Assembly (NCBI GenBank): GCA_965153455.1
Contig: OZ234493.1
Coordinates: 6,748,213-6,812,212, forward strand
DNA length: 64,000 bases
From: Sphagnum compactum
Lineage: Eukaryota
Direction of reading: 5' to 3'
The notes beneath the pieces were generated by a model, which ran no database searches, was not told the origin of the DNA, and saw nothing but the letters and a program-made list of their open reading frames with translations. Shown one piece after another: positions 51,801 to 64,000 of the stretch. Positions within the stretch are counted from its first letter, which is position 1. Every line of letters starts with the position of its first letter. The position numbers were made by a program, and so were the translations under genes.

Positions 51801-54800
51801 CCAGATATGAGCATTCTGGATGCAGCCGGAAGTAACCAAGAGTATGAGAGCACGATGATGAAGAGGCGAAAGCTAAACCCAAATGGAAAAGTCCAGAAAA
51901 CAGCTGTCTCTGAGTCATTTACCAGCACCTCAGTCTCTGAACCTCTCAATACCATACTAGAAGGGATTGGGTTTTGGGATGGCTTGCTGAGACCTGGCAT
52001 GGATGGCCCTGTTCTTGAGAATAATCAGTTCATTCCAGAACACAAGTTCATTCTGCAAGGATCTGTTCATGAAGAGGTAGTGGAAATGATGAAGGCATTG
52101 CAACCACCAGAGGTTGTGGACTCCCAACTTTCAAATGTCCAAGGGTTGCTAGCAGCTGTAGGTGTTTTGGTTCGTGTTTTCTCCAAGTCTGTGGGGACTG
52201 TCTGTCATCAGCATTTGATCACACTTTTGCATAAGTGGATTCCTTGGGTTCATGATAAGGTAAAAGCAACACATTTGTCTCTTCTTTGTGATGTTTCTTA
52301 TGTGCCTGGGATATTCACGTGATGCAAACAGTTTCCTGCTTCACATCCTCAACTGCATTCCACCACCTGTAGCGTGTGCCAGTTTTCCCAAACATTGATG
52401 GCTGCTGATCTGGCGATTGTTGCTCATGATTTCCTTAGGCTCAAGAGGGAGCGCTTACAAGGTTGCACCTCACCATGTTTCTTGAAGCTTTGGAATGGTT
52501 TCTGTCAGAAGAAATTGGTGGGTCTGGCTTCCTGTAGTTTTGGGTTGCAGACCCATTTCCTTTTCTTACCCAAACACGCAGATATAGAGATATCAGAAAT
52601 TGGAGGGTCTGGCTTCTTGTAGTTTTGGGTTGCAGACCCATCTCCTTTTTTCTTAACTGAACACAGCCAGCTTCAGAAATGCCTGATATCTCTAAGACAT
52701 CTTTGTCTGATGTGGCACCCCCTTCACTTCTGTATACAGATGTTGTTGATGAGGGAACGATTGAATCGAACGCAAGAAGAGACTTTTTGACCAAAAAGCA
52801 CAGCAATCTGGAGCTCTTTCTTGAGGAATCCTCCTTCAATGCAATGGTTTTAATTGAGGTTTTGCAGCTTCCATGGACCTTGATTGAACTCAGTGACTCA
52901 GAGGTCATGTGGAGGAGCAAATCAAGGGCTGTGGGACTAGCTGTAAAGCTGGGGTGGAAATCCCAGGTGTTAACATTTGACAAGATTGCGGAACAAGCAC
53001 TCAAAGATGAAGATGCAAGGCTACGTTCATATGCCATTCTGGTGATTCCATTGTTGGTGCTGCAGTCAAGTTCTGCTCGATTACAGACATTTTGTGAAGT
53101 CATTTTGTACGTCAAATTTGTCAAAGCAGCTAGTACATATGCTATAGACCCTTCCTCCTCCTTCTGCTGTCAAATTTGTGGTTTCCATCTGGTGCCTGCT
53201 TGAGCTCTGTTACTGTGAACTTTTTCAATTCCTCTTTCTTTGATGTTAGGCAGATTTTTCAGTGAAGGTAGAAAGTAGAAACCATGATGGGTCTCTTCTT
53301 CTATCACACCCCTCTGTTTTCCCAAACTGTTCTTACCCTGGACTGGTTGGTTCATAGTCACAGGACTACAGAGTGCTCTCTAATTTTGCTCTGGTGTCAA
53401 TTTTGTGATTTGTTCTTCCATTGCAGTAATCTTGGAGATGATCCTGCAAAGCAAGTCCGGGAGGCCGTAGCACAAGTCATTGGAATCATGGCATGCATCT
53501 GCAATTACTCAACAGATTCAAGCACCAAGGATTCTCCTCCCACAGTTCAAGCATCTTTTCTCAATGGGTCAAAGCAGTTTGGTTCAGCTCATGACCGAGT
53601 TGGATTTACATGTCTTGAATGTGATGGAGCTTCCGATTCAATTAGAGGTGGAAATTATTGTCAAGATGCTGCCCTGGGTGGTGACAAAGGACTAGTTGCA
53701 CCACTGGCAACATTTCAACCTTTGTTCGGAAAACTACTATTTAATGAGACATCTGAGAGTGTACAGGTTGGCTTTTTTTTTATAGCATTTTTTTCTTGGG
53801 CAGGTGTCTGGCCTTCTTACACTGATTTTATAAGCAGTGTTGGGTGGGTACCCAGTTTGGAGGGTCAAGACCACCCAACAATGCTTATTAGATAATCATT
53901 GTATATTGAGATTGCATCAATTTCAAGAGAACTGGTGTTGTTACTCATGCTGCAACTTTGGGTACAGGTCGCTTTTATTGGCAGCATGTCACGCTTATTG
54001 CAGCATGCTTCGGCTGAAGAGCTCTCCATCACAAGACAGGACTGGCGAAGCGCTCTGGATACACTTCCCCTCCACCCACACCGATTGGTGCGGGAGGCTT
54101 TTCAAATGCAAATCCACTGTTTCACTAGAAAACAAGTCCTGCAAGGGGTACTGGGGAGCAAGAATGAGGATAGCAATAACACTAGCTGGGAACTTGAATT
54201 GCTTGGAATATTACGGCATGCATCTTGCATTGCCGAAGATTCTGATGTGATTGAAACCGTGCTTCAAAGTGTTGCTGAAATTGCAAAAACTGTCGGCCAT
54301 AGTCGACAGTTTCTGTTCTTTGCTCTTGTTTTGCTTTTGGAGCAGCTGGATAGAAGAGAGGTGTCTCTTCGGGCACTGAGTGTGACACTCATACACAAAG
54401 TCGCTTCTAGTGGATTTAAGGGATCTGGTGGCACTGCCAGAAGTATACAGGCAAGATATTTTTTCCCATTATATGCCACTAACACAAATGTAATATTTGG
54501 TTCTTGCTGCTGCTGCTCATTTGGCACTGAGAAACCTGATGGGTGTGAAATCACCTTTGTGATTCCTGTGTTCTCAGTGAAAGTTTTTTCAATTGACAGG
54601 CTATGGTGGAGAGCATCCGTGAAGATCTTTTTGAGTACTTGGTTGGGCGTTTAGCAAGCCGACCACTCATGGTTCGTGAATTTGCAGAGGCCATAATGGG
54701 CATGGGAATGGAAGATCTTGTCAAGACCATGGTCCCACATGTTCTTCCAAAGCTGGTTCTAGACCAACAGCACAGCCAAGTGGCTTTTGCAACCTTGCAA

Positions 54801-57800
54801 GAACTTGCAATTCAGCTGAAAACTGATTTGCCAGTGCTGTTGGTTGAATGGTGCCACATAGTTTTGTCCGTTCTTCTTCTCCGAGCAGATGGGAAGGAGC
54901 TTTTTGCTGCCCTGCAGTTCTATGAGGCCCAAACAGGATCTGACCCACGTGAGATTTTTGCTGCAGTTTTGCCAGCCCTTCTTGGTGAACTTGTTCGGTT
55001 TCTTGGTGATGTTGGTGATGAAGATGCCCTTCGAAGGTGATAAAGAGATTATACTCTGCACCTGCTCAGTAATCATTATTCATCTTGTTATGTTCATGGT
55101 AAAATAGCTATGGAAGTCATTGGGTTTCTGATACTAGTTGGAGGTGGTATGTTTCAGATCAGCAAGGGTGGCACCCATGATACAAGAAGTTGCAAGTATT
55201 GTGACAGGTTCTGATGACCTGCCAACATTTCTGCGGACCCATTTTGTTGGCCTTCTCAACAGCATTGACCGGAAGCTTCTACGAGCATCCAATATTTCTT
55301 ACCAACGACAGGGTCTCAGATGTATTGAGCGTCTTGTGAACATGATTGGCCGGCACCTCAGTGCTTTTGTCCCCAAGATTATGGCCTTGCTCACTCAGGC
55401 TCTTCAAGATCCTCTTTTGCAAATTGAAGGGCTTCGTGTCTGGCTCTCCTTTGTCCAAACACTTGCTCAGGTATATATGCCAGAAGTTGGTAGCAGGGTC
55501 TTCTCATATCCAGTATGTACTGTTCTCGTAATCTATGTTCTTTATCCTAGACCCTAAACCCAGAGTGCAGTTTTGGGTGGAGTTTTCCTGGCATTCTGAC
55601 TGAGATATTATTGATATTTTCTCAGGTATCTCCGATCAGCCTCAAGAATGTGGCCTGCCAAATAGTGGTATCACTAATGCCATGTCTGGAGGGACAACCT
55701 GAGGAGCTTCGAGCGCCACACCTGGGAGCAGTTGTGGAAATCCTTGAAGAACTTGTGATAAAAAATGGGCGGTTATTACAAGACCAAGCAAGAGAACTCC
55801 CTCTCCTCCCAAGTCTTCCTGTGCTAGAACTAGTGAACTCTGTGCTGCAGGAGGCTCGAGGGGTTCTAAGTCTACAGGATCAGCTCAAGCAGGCAACCGA
55901 TGGATTGCGTCATGAAAACTTAAGTGTTCGTTATGTGACAGCCAGTGAGCTTAACAAAGTTCTGCATTCCAGACGAAAGGACATTGATGCAATGTTGCTT
56001 GGTGAGGCGGCACAGGATGCAGATGTCATAAGCTCATTAGTTACTGCTCTTCTGCGAGGATGTGTTGAGGAGTCTCGGACTGCCATGAGCCAGAGGCTTA
56101 AAATGGCATGTGCCGAATGCTTGGGGGAGCTTGGAGCAATTGACCCTGTTAAGCTTCAGGTCAGTCTTCTCACACATATAGTTGCAAATCTTGGCCTTTC
56201 TGGCCTTTGTTATGCTCTATTCTTACAGATTGAGAGATGCTGAAATTATAGCTTGTGTGTGAGCTTTTGGGTGTTTCACAGTTGAAAACTGTTAGCTCCA
56301 GGATATTTTTGTCTTGCTCCTAATCAAAAGCAACGTGGCAGGTGGACCTCCGTCGCCGGTCTAGAATTGAGCGAAGTGACGAAGACCTTGTTTTTGAGTT
56401 AATCAATGAGCATCTTGCTCCTGTTCTCCGAGCGGCTTCTGACACTGCCATACAAGACACAGCTGCGCTTGCAATCCAAGAGCTTCTGAAACTCAGTGGC
56501 TGCCATGCAATCACCTCCACTCAACAAGACTCTGTGGGCAGGGGGGGAAGGCTGCCAAGCTTGAGAAAATCAGGTGTCTCCACTTCAGGTTCATTGGAAG
56601 TTAAAGCTGCTGCTGCTGTGACTGGGTCGGGATCAGATGCAGGTGGGGAGCGGCTCTGGCAACGATTTTCAGATGATGTGAAGGAGATTATTACACCTTG
56701 CCTGACATCAAAGTACTTGTTGAAAAACTCAGGTGCTATTATGCCCACGGGTCCACTTTTCTCAAGGGGAATGTCATTCCGTCGATGGATGTATCTTTGG
56801 ATTCGCAGGCTGGTGTCACAAGCAACGGGGCGAAGAGCAGAGATTTTCACTGCTTGTCGAGGAGTGGTGCGGCATGACATGGGCACAGCACTTTACTTGC
56901 TACCGTATCTTGTTCTCAGTGTGGTTTGTGATGGATCGGAGGAGGCTCGGCAGGGTGTCACCGATGAAATTCTGACTGTCTTGACGGAAGCCTTGTCCCC
57001 AGGTACCCTTTCATTCCTGCATTTGCATTTTATATCTCTGGTCATATTCCAGCATACCCTGTATTGTTCTGCATAGATGTGCCCAAGGGCATGTGGAATG
57101 AAATTTTGCACTCACTCTCCTCTTCAGGTCTTCCTCGCATCCATCTATGCTGTTCTACTTAGAAAACATGGTCATCAGGACCCAGCCTAGAGAGAGAGAT
57201 GGTCAAGTAAAGAAGTGTACTTTTGTTGAATGTGGACAGAGGAAAGGATACAGAATTCTTCACGGAACTGGTCTGGTCCATGTGAGGTAAGCACGCAAAC
57301 AGTCTTTACTTTACTAGACAATCTGGGCCAGTGGCTGGATGATTGCAAGCAGGGAGGGATCCTCATGGCACCAATTCAAGCACAAGCAGGTGGTACCCCC
57401 AGTAAAGGAACCAGGGGAAATGCAAAAGCAGAAGCTCAGCTTGAAGCCACCTGTTCTGCACAACGGCTCAAGAATGTTTCTAAGCTTTTAGCTGCAATTC
57501 CAAGACAAGCGTTGGCCGGAGCTTCATTTCGACGCCAGGCTTATGCACGGGCACTCCTTTACTTTGAGACTCATGTGCGGGAAGAATCTGGAGCTCTAAA
57601 CCCAGCTGCGGAGACTAGTGGAACCTTCACAGATGAAGATGTCACTTTCTTGCTTGAGATTTATAGTGGACTGGATGAGCCAGATGGACTTTCTGGGCTG
57701 TCACGCCTTCGGAAATCTGCAACTCTTCAAGATCAAATCCTAATTAATGAGAAGGCTGGCAATTGGGCTGAGGCACTAACGTGCTGCGAGCAAGCTCTTC

Positions 57801-60800
57801 AAATGGAACCCAACAGTGTTATGCGGCATCTTGGGGTTCTTGACTGCCTTCTTAACATGGGTCACTTGCAGGTGCTTCTTTCGGCTAAGCTTGATGAATG
57901 AATTGCATTGCATGGATTTTGTGCCAGAACTTGGATCACATCATTTTGCTAGGGATTGCTGTTTGTAACACCTTGGTGATGTAACTATGTTGGGAGTCAT
58001 CCTGAAGGTGAGAAATGTGAGAAGACTTTGATTTCTGGAGTACAATGAGCAAACCTGTTGTGAACCTGGAAACTTCTCTGCAGGCAATGGTGACTCATGT
58101 GGATGGTCTGATCTCACGAATGCCACATCACAGAAAGGAATGGAGTACAAAAGGCTTGCAAGCAGCGTGGCGTCTTGGTCAATGGGATCTTCTTGAGGAG
58201 TATGTGAGTGGAGCCAATGCTGATTGCTCATCCTCAAATACTGCCCCTGATGGGAATTTTGCATTTGACTTAAGCTTGGCAAAAGTCCTGCAAGCCCTTC
58301 AGAAGAAAGACCAAGATTTGCTTGCTGAAGAGCTTCTCCATTCCCGACAAACACTTCTCGCCCCATTGGCAGCTGCAAGTATGGAGTCCTATAACCGTGC
58401 GTACCCATACATTGTCAAGTTGCACATGCTGCAAGAGCTGGAAGATTTCAGTACTGTCACTGCTGCTGTTGATTCCTCTGATGGGTCTTGTAAACCAAAT
58501 GGTGGAGGGCCTGAACAGGACTTGCCCACTGTGAGCATGGTGAAGTTTGTTGGAGACTTGGAGAGCCGCTTGAAAATCACACAGGTGGAAATACTCAGCT
58601 CCAGTGGAAACTGCTGCTGAATGCCTAGTAGCTGATCCGTCTCTTTGATCTAATCAAACAAACCTGTACTATCATGCTTTTGTTGGAGGGCCGTGCAGTG
58701 ACATAGTTCCTTCCAGAAAATTGATACTACATAGAGTTGTGAGTTGTTGTATGACAAGCTTAACATTTTTTGAGTGTCAATTTTGCAGCGTTCCCTTTGG
58801 ACACAGGAGCCAATTTTGGCACTGCGGCGATTAATGTTCAGTGCAAGTGATTTGAAGGCAGAAGTGGGTACATGCTGGCTTCAGTATGCAAAACTTTGTC
58901 GGGCAGCTGGTCATTATGAGACTGCCAACCGTGCAATTTTGCAAGCACAATCAGTCAGGGCACCCAATGCACACATTGAGATGGCAAAACTCTTTTGGGA
59001 TACTGAGAAAAGCCATCGTGCCATAGCTGAGCTTCAGCAGGCTTTGGCACATGTGCCTGCTGCGGTAAGGGCTGGTGAAGAGCTTCTAGTTAGCAATCCA
59101 ATGCTTGGCATTCAGACAGTTTTTTTGTACAGAAAAGTTCTTCCATGTGGTAGAGGAAGGATGTGTCAGTCGAGCTATGTACTCAGAGTTGCATAGTCAA
59201 GAGCCAAATCGAACGCATGAAACAGTCCATTGAGCACTTGAGCTGAAGATTGCTTTTTCTCACAACAGGTCTTGGGAGATGCGACAAATGCACTTGATGG
59301 ATTTCTTGTGACACAATCTGCAGTTCCAAGAGTTGCTCCTCAATCTTCTGATGGACAAGGCTGTCAAGACAAATGTCTTGACGTTGCAAAAACACTGCTT
59401 CTTCTGGCGCGCTGGGTACATCATACAGGGCAAAAGCAAAAAAAGGATGTTTTGAACCTTTATCAGCAGGTTCGGTGTCTCCAGCCTCAGTGGGAAAAGG
59501 GATATTTTTTTGTCGCCAGATACTACGATGACTTATTAGTTGATGCTCGGCGACGGCAGGAAGAGAATCCAGAACCAGCAAGTGATGTCCTTCAGGTGAA
59601 GCTATATTTCTCTTCTGGAGTTTTGTGGTTTCAAAAAACAGTTCTTTTCTGTTTCCTTCTGATGCCTGCTCTCCATTTGGGTCATGTTCTTGTCACTACT
59701 TTGTGATTGCTAGAGCTGCATCAGGAGAATGTTGCCCAAAATCTTGAAGTGTGGGACTTGCGTAACAAATTTTCATGACTTGGACACAAAGAAACCTTGA
59801 GATTAGAATGACATCAGTAGCTCTCTAAGTCCTGTTGTGATCATGTATTTGGATTGCATGACTGTTGACATTCAGGGTGGGAAGCACCGGAAGCACATGC
59901 CCCTTGATGACAAGGCTTGGTGGACATACCTACCAGACGCTCTTCTCTATTATGCAAAAGGCCTTCATAAAGGCCATCGCCGCCTGTTCCATGCTCTTCC
60001 TCGGCTTCTCACTCTTTGGTTTGAGTTTGGGATTCTTTTTCGTGGTGATGTCTTGGCATCAAACAAGTCTGTGAAGGCTGTGCATGCAAGGGTAATAATC
60101 TTAAAACTGCAAGATTGATTAGAAGTAGGACTTTTGTTCTCCTGAAGCAAGAAAGCAAGAAACAGTTTGGTTCAAGATTATCTCAGATAAAAGAGTTATT
60201 GCAATGTGGGTATGCAGAATGGATAGCTAGTTTAGTTGATAGCCAAATGCAGTTGATTTTCTTTCTTGTTATTTAGAGATTGGGTCCTTTTTCTGCTGAA
60301 CTATGGTCTTCTTGGGACACCCAACAGCCCACTTAGTTGTTGAAGGAAAGAAAGAATGTATGTCAATGACATCAAAATGAAGCAAATTGAGTTGAGCATG
60401 ATGGGTGGCCCTGTTGTATTGTGTTGGTGGCAGACAATGGGAATAATACGGGGATGTCTGAAGGACCTTCCAACTTACCAATGGCTCACAGCATTGTCAC
60501 AGCTAGTGTCTCGTATTTGCCATCCAAATGAGGAAGTAGTACGGCTTGTTAAGCACATCATTACAACATTACTACAGGTAAGTCAATTGGCCACTTAACA
60601 CTGCTTACGGAGCCCACTTAGCAGTGACATCAACTCCACTGCCTAGAATAGTCTGGAGCCAGCTCTTAATGCAGATTGTTTTCCTGGTTTCTGTGTTGGC
60701 TCATAATCCTTTCATTGCAGGCTTACCCACAACAAGCTCTATGGACAATGGCTGCAGTTTCAAAATCAACGGTGGCTGCACGGCGGGAAGCTGCAGCAGA

Positions 60801-62817
60801 AATCATCCAACAGGCAAAAAATGAGGCTCGACGAGACACTGATAGGGTCCTTTTCAACCAGTTTGCACTATTGATAGAGCAAATGATTAAACTGTCATTT
60901 TATCCGGGGCAGCCCAAATCCCGCAATGTAAATATTCAAGCGGAATTTAGTGCATTGAAACGGATGATGCCAGTGGGAGTTGTAATGCCCCTCCAAAAAG
61001 CGCTTACAGTAACACTTCCACCTGATGGGCTCTCGAATGTGAAGTACGACCCATTTCCAGTAGGGGATTACACAACCATATCTGGAATTATGGATGATGT
61101 TGAGATTCTTGCCTCGTTGCAGCGGCCTAAAAAGGTATTTCTTGGGTGTGTTCCCTGTCTTGGTTCTTTTGCCTTTCTGGAATCATAGATCCTAAACCCA
61201 CCCACCCTTTCTGGATCAGAAATTATACTGGAATTATGTTTAGCTGGAAGTCAGACAAGAAGCTTGGAATTCAAGTGAATGAGACATCTTTTCTAAACTA
61301 CTTTTCTGATCATGATGTGATTCCTTGTATTTGTAGACTTACACATATTCTAACTATTTTTGCATTCCTTTAGGTGGTATTACTGGGAAGTGATGGAATG
61401 GAACATCCGTTCTTATGCAAGCCAAAAGATGACTTACGGAAAGATGCACGTATGATGGAGTTCACCAGCATGATAAATCGCCTGCTCTCGAAAGACCCAA
61501 AAAGTCGGCGTCGGAAACTTTATATTCGCACATTTGCAGTAATCCCACTCACAGAAGACTGTGGAATGATTGAATGGGTGCTACATACCAGGGGCCTGCG
61601 CCACATTCTACAAGACATTTATGTCACAGATGGGAAATTTGACCGCCAGAAGACAAATCCCTTAATAAAACGCTTGTATGATCAAGAAGGTGCCCAGGGG
61701 GAGGCAGAGGTTTTCAGGAAGAAAATACTGCCAATGTTTCCTCCTCTTTTCCATCGATGGTTTTTGAACACATTTCCTGAGCCTGCAGCATGGTTTGGGG
61801 CACGGATGGCTTATGCTCATACAACAGCTGTCTGGTCAATGGTTGGTCATATTGTTGGTCTTGGGGACCGTCATGGTGAAAACATTTTGTTTGATTCCAC
61901 CACTGGAGATTGCGTACATGTTGACTTTAGTTGCCTCTTTGATAAAGGACTTTCCCTTGAGAAGCCGGAAGTGGTTCCATTTCGGCTCACTCAGGTCTGG
62001 TTGAGATAATCTTCATTGTTATCTCATTGTGAAGTTGCTGGTGTGTTCAGGAATGTCTACTGGTGAACAAAATGATTAAATCTGAACAAAAGAAAGGAAA
62101 GTGAAAATTGCTTTTGGAAGATAAGGAGCAAGGAAGTGTGATGAAAGAAGATTAACATGTGGCTGACAGCTTTAATTTTGTTCTGACTAGGCAAAGAAAG
62201 TAGTTCAAGTGATTTTGCGTATTGAGAATTTGTTTGAGTGTCTGATGAGAAAACTGGGTGTTGGGTGTTTGTTTGCAGAATATGATCGATGGGCTAGGAA
62301 TTACTGGATATGAGGGTGTGTTTTTGAGGGTATGTGAGATCAGCTTGAGTATTTTGAGAGCACACCGTGAGACACTGCTGAGTGTCTTGGAGACTTTCAT
62401 CCATGACCCTCTTGTAGAATGGACAAAATCTCACAAATCCAGTGGAGTAGAGGTTCAGAATCCGCATGCCCAGGTCTGTCTTCCCTCCATTTCCCTCCTG
62501 CTCCCTTTTACTATGCCTATAATATATTCTTTGCATATTCCAAACTTTGCTCTTTTTATCTGCTTAGATGTACCTCTATTGAATCATTATATCAGAAAAT
62601 TTTATCTTATGAAGATGAAATGATGGGTGTTGTGGCATTGGGGGTACAGAGGGCCATAGCCAATATTGAGGCACGATTACGGGGTGTTGTAGTAGGTGTT
62701 GGTGCAGCTCCATCATTGCCCTTGTCTGTAGAGGGGCAGGCACACCGCCTTATTTCTGAGGCAGTTTCTCACACAAACTTGGCCAAAATGTATATTTGGT
62801 GGATGGCCTGGTTCTGA
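48887..62817 (+). CDS. ATR: Serine/threonine PIKK kinase ATR, ~25+ exons
   Basis: N-terminus resembles plant ATR (VESRFRSVLPNLL, NYPGVFFHGK). Also CLGELGAIDP, FAT region (AYARALLYFE, LDEPDGLSGL, ESYNRAYP), kinase domain (FLCKPKDDLRKDARMMEF, GLGDRHGENIL, VHVDFSCLFDKG, VPFRLTQ) and C-terminal FATC (LSVEGQAHRLI...MYIWWMAWF*). Confidence 0.98.
52505..52670 (+). repeat. Tandem duplication of an ATR exon end plus short intron
   Basis: GAAATTG-G(T/A)GGGTCTGGCTTC(C/T)TGTAGTTTTGGGTTGCAGACCCAT... occurs at ~52511 and ~52596. Confidence 0.9.
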
Positions 62818-63772
62818 GACACAATACTTTTATATGTTGGACAGTATGACATTACTTAAGAGGACAAGAAAACCAAATTGCCAAATCTTGTCCACAACCC
62901 ATTGACTGTACATATTTTGGTGTTCTCATTCATGTGATTTAACCATGGATTTTTCGCTGTGACACTGGTCCGTGGGATGGGTGACAGAATTTATCCAGGG
63001 GGATTGTTTTGCCAAGTCTCTGTACCAAATCAGATGAGCTATGGGATCTGCACGTCATTACGATTCTTGTAGGGGATCTGATTTGTTGCAAATGTCAGCT
63101 TGGACACGCGCTGCAAATTTCTCTTACAGTTTGCTGCTCATGCAGTCATGGAAATTGAATACAATATATAACTTCACCAAACCTAGCACAAAGATGTTAC
63201 GGCTGAAGTCAAATGGAACAACCCTGTTTCCTCTATTGGATGTACTATAACAATAGAGCTCAGGAGAGTACAAATTGGGAAAAAAAAAAGCCTGAATTGC
63301 TTGGCATCATTGTACTGTCATCAAAGTGCATTCATCACTGTGCCATTGCTCTTGGGAATCATTAAAGACCTATGGTATTTTAGTATGGTTTGTATGTTCT
63401 CTGCTGCACTTTCAATGTGAATATGTGTGTAGTAGGGCAGTAAAAGGAGTCAGTTCATTTATGTGCCCATTGCATTGAAGAGCTCACAAGCACACCACCG
63501 TATTGGAGACTAACTATGAAATGACGGTTGCTTGCTGTGTTTTGGGTGTTACCTGCATTATTCTGTTTGGTGTGACATCTGTGTAGGTGGACTTGAAAGG
63601 AGCAAAATTCATTGGCCCAGTACGCTGAAAAACTCACACACACCACGAAGGCACAGCAAGAAGGATGCTCATCTGGGTTTATCCTGCAGTTCAGAACCTG
63701 GTGACTGCAAATTACGTATTACAAAGTTCACAATTGTTACAAAGCAAAGATGTGCTGCTGATTCCAGGAGAA

Positions 63773-63856
63773 GGGGATCCAGTTGGGATTTGAACTCCCA
63801 ACCTGCTAGCTTAGAGGCTTACAAAGCCTTACCCCTTAGCCACTGGGGTAGCCCCC
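63773..63856 (-). other. tRNA-like element (tRNA pseudogene or tRNA-derived SINE head)
   Basis: Minus strand has an A-box-like TGGCTAAGGGG, a stem-loop AGGCT-TTGTA-AGCCT, a T-arm GGGAGTTCAAATCCC and GGGG.../...CCCC ends. The cloverleaf is not canonical. Confidence 0.5.
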
Positions 63857-64000
63857 TCAACCATAAGAACCAGAACCTTGAATTTTAGTAACCACCAAGA
63901 AAACTGCGGGTTTTTGGAGGGTTTTGATTTGATCTGAACCAGCACTTCTTTGATTTGTTTTTCCTCTTTTTCCCCCTTTTTTTGGGGGTTTTCTTTCCCC

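Noticed and set aside
52441-53124. 227-aa antisense ORF, and similar ORFs opposite ATR, ClpC and TRM1 exons
   Set aside because: Shadow ORFs on the reverse strand of real exons with no independent motifs.

Overview
Eukaryotic, intron-rich land-plant DNA. Gene content and AT-rich decayed transposons suggest a bryophyte, possibly Sphagnum-like (inference only). Six protein-coding genes are supported: (1) a two-exon gene on + encoding an MLKL/DUF1221-like four-helix bundle, an intact protein kinase and a degenerate P-loop GTPase-like domain; (2) a secreted double-EGF-like protein on -; (3) an ISS1/VAS1-type aminotransferase on +; (4) TRM1 tRNA dimethylguanosine methyltransferase on -; (5) chloroplast ClpC on -; (6) ATR kinase on +. 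Mobile DNA comprises a decayed Helitron Rep/helicase at the left edge, a full-length decayed hAT element with TIRs and a perfect 8-bp TSD, a non-autonomous Helitron, and a Crypton/DUF3504-like tyrosine-recombinase relic. Smaller features are a 3'-truncated U2 snRNA copy, an OTU-domain gene fragment, a tRNA-like element, a telo-box minisatellite just upstream of ATR, four GC-AG introns and a duplicated intron in ATR. The most novel-looking item is the 4HB-kinase-pseudoGTPase fusion, a candidate immune/cell-death module. All family assignments come from motif recognition by eye; no database searches were run.
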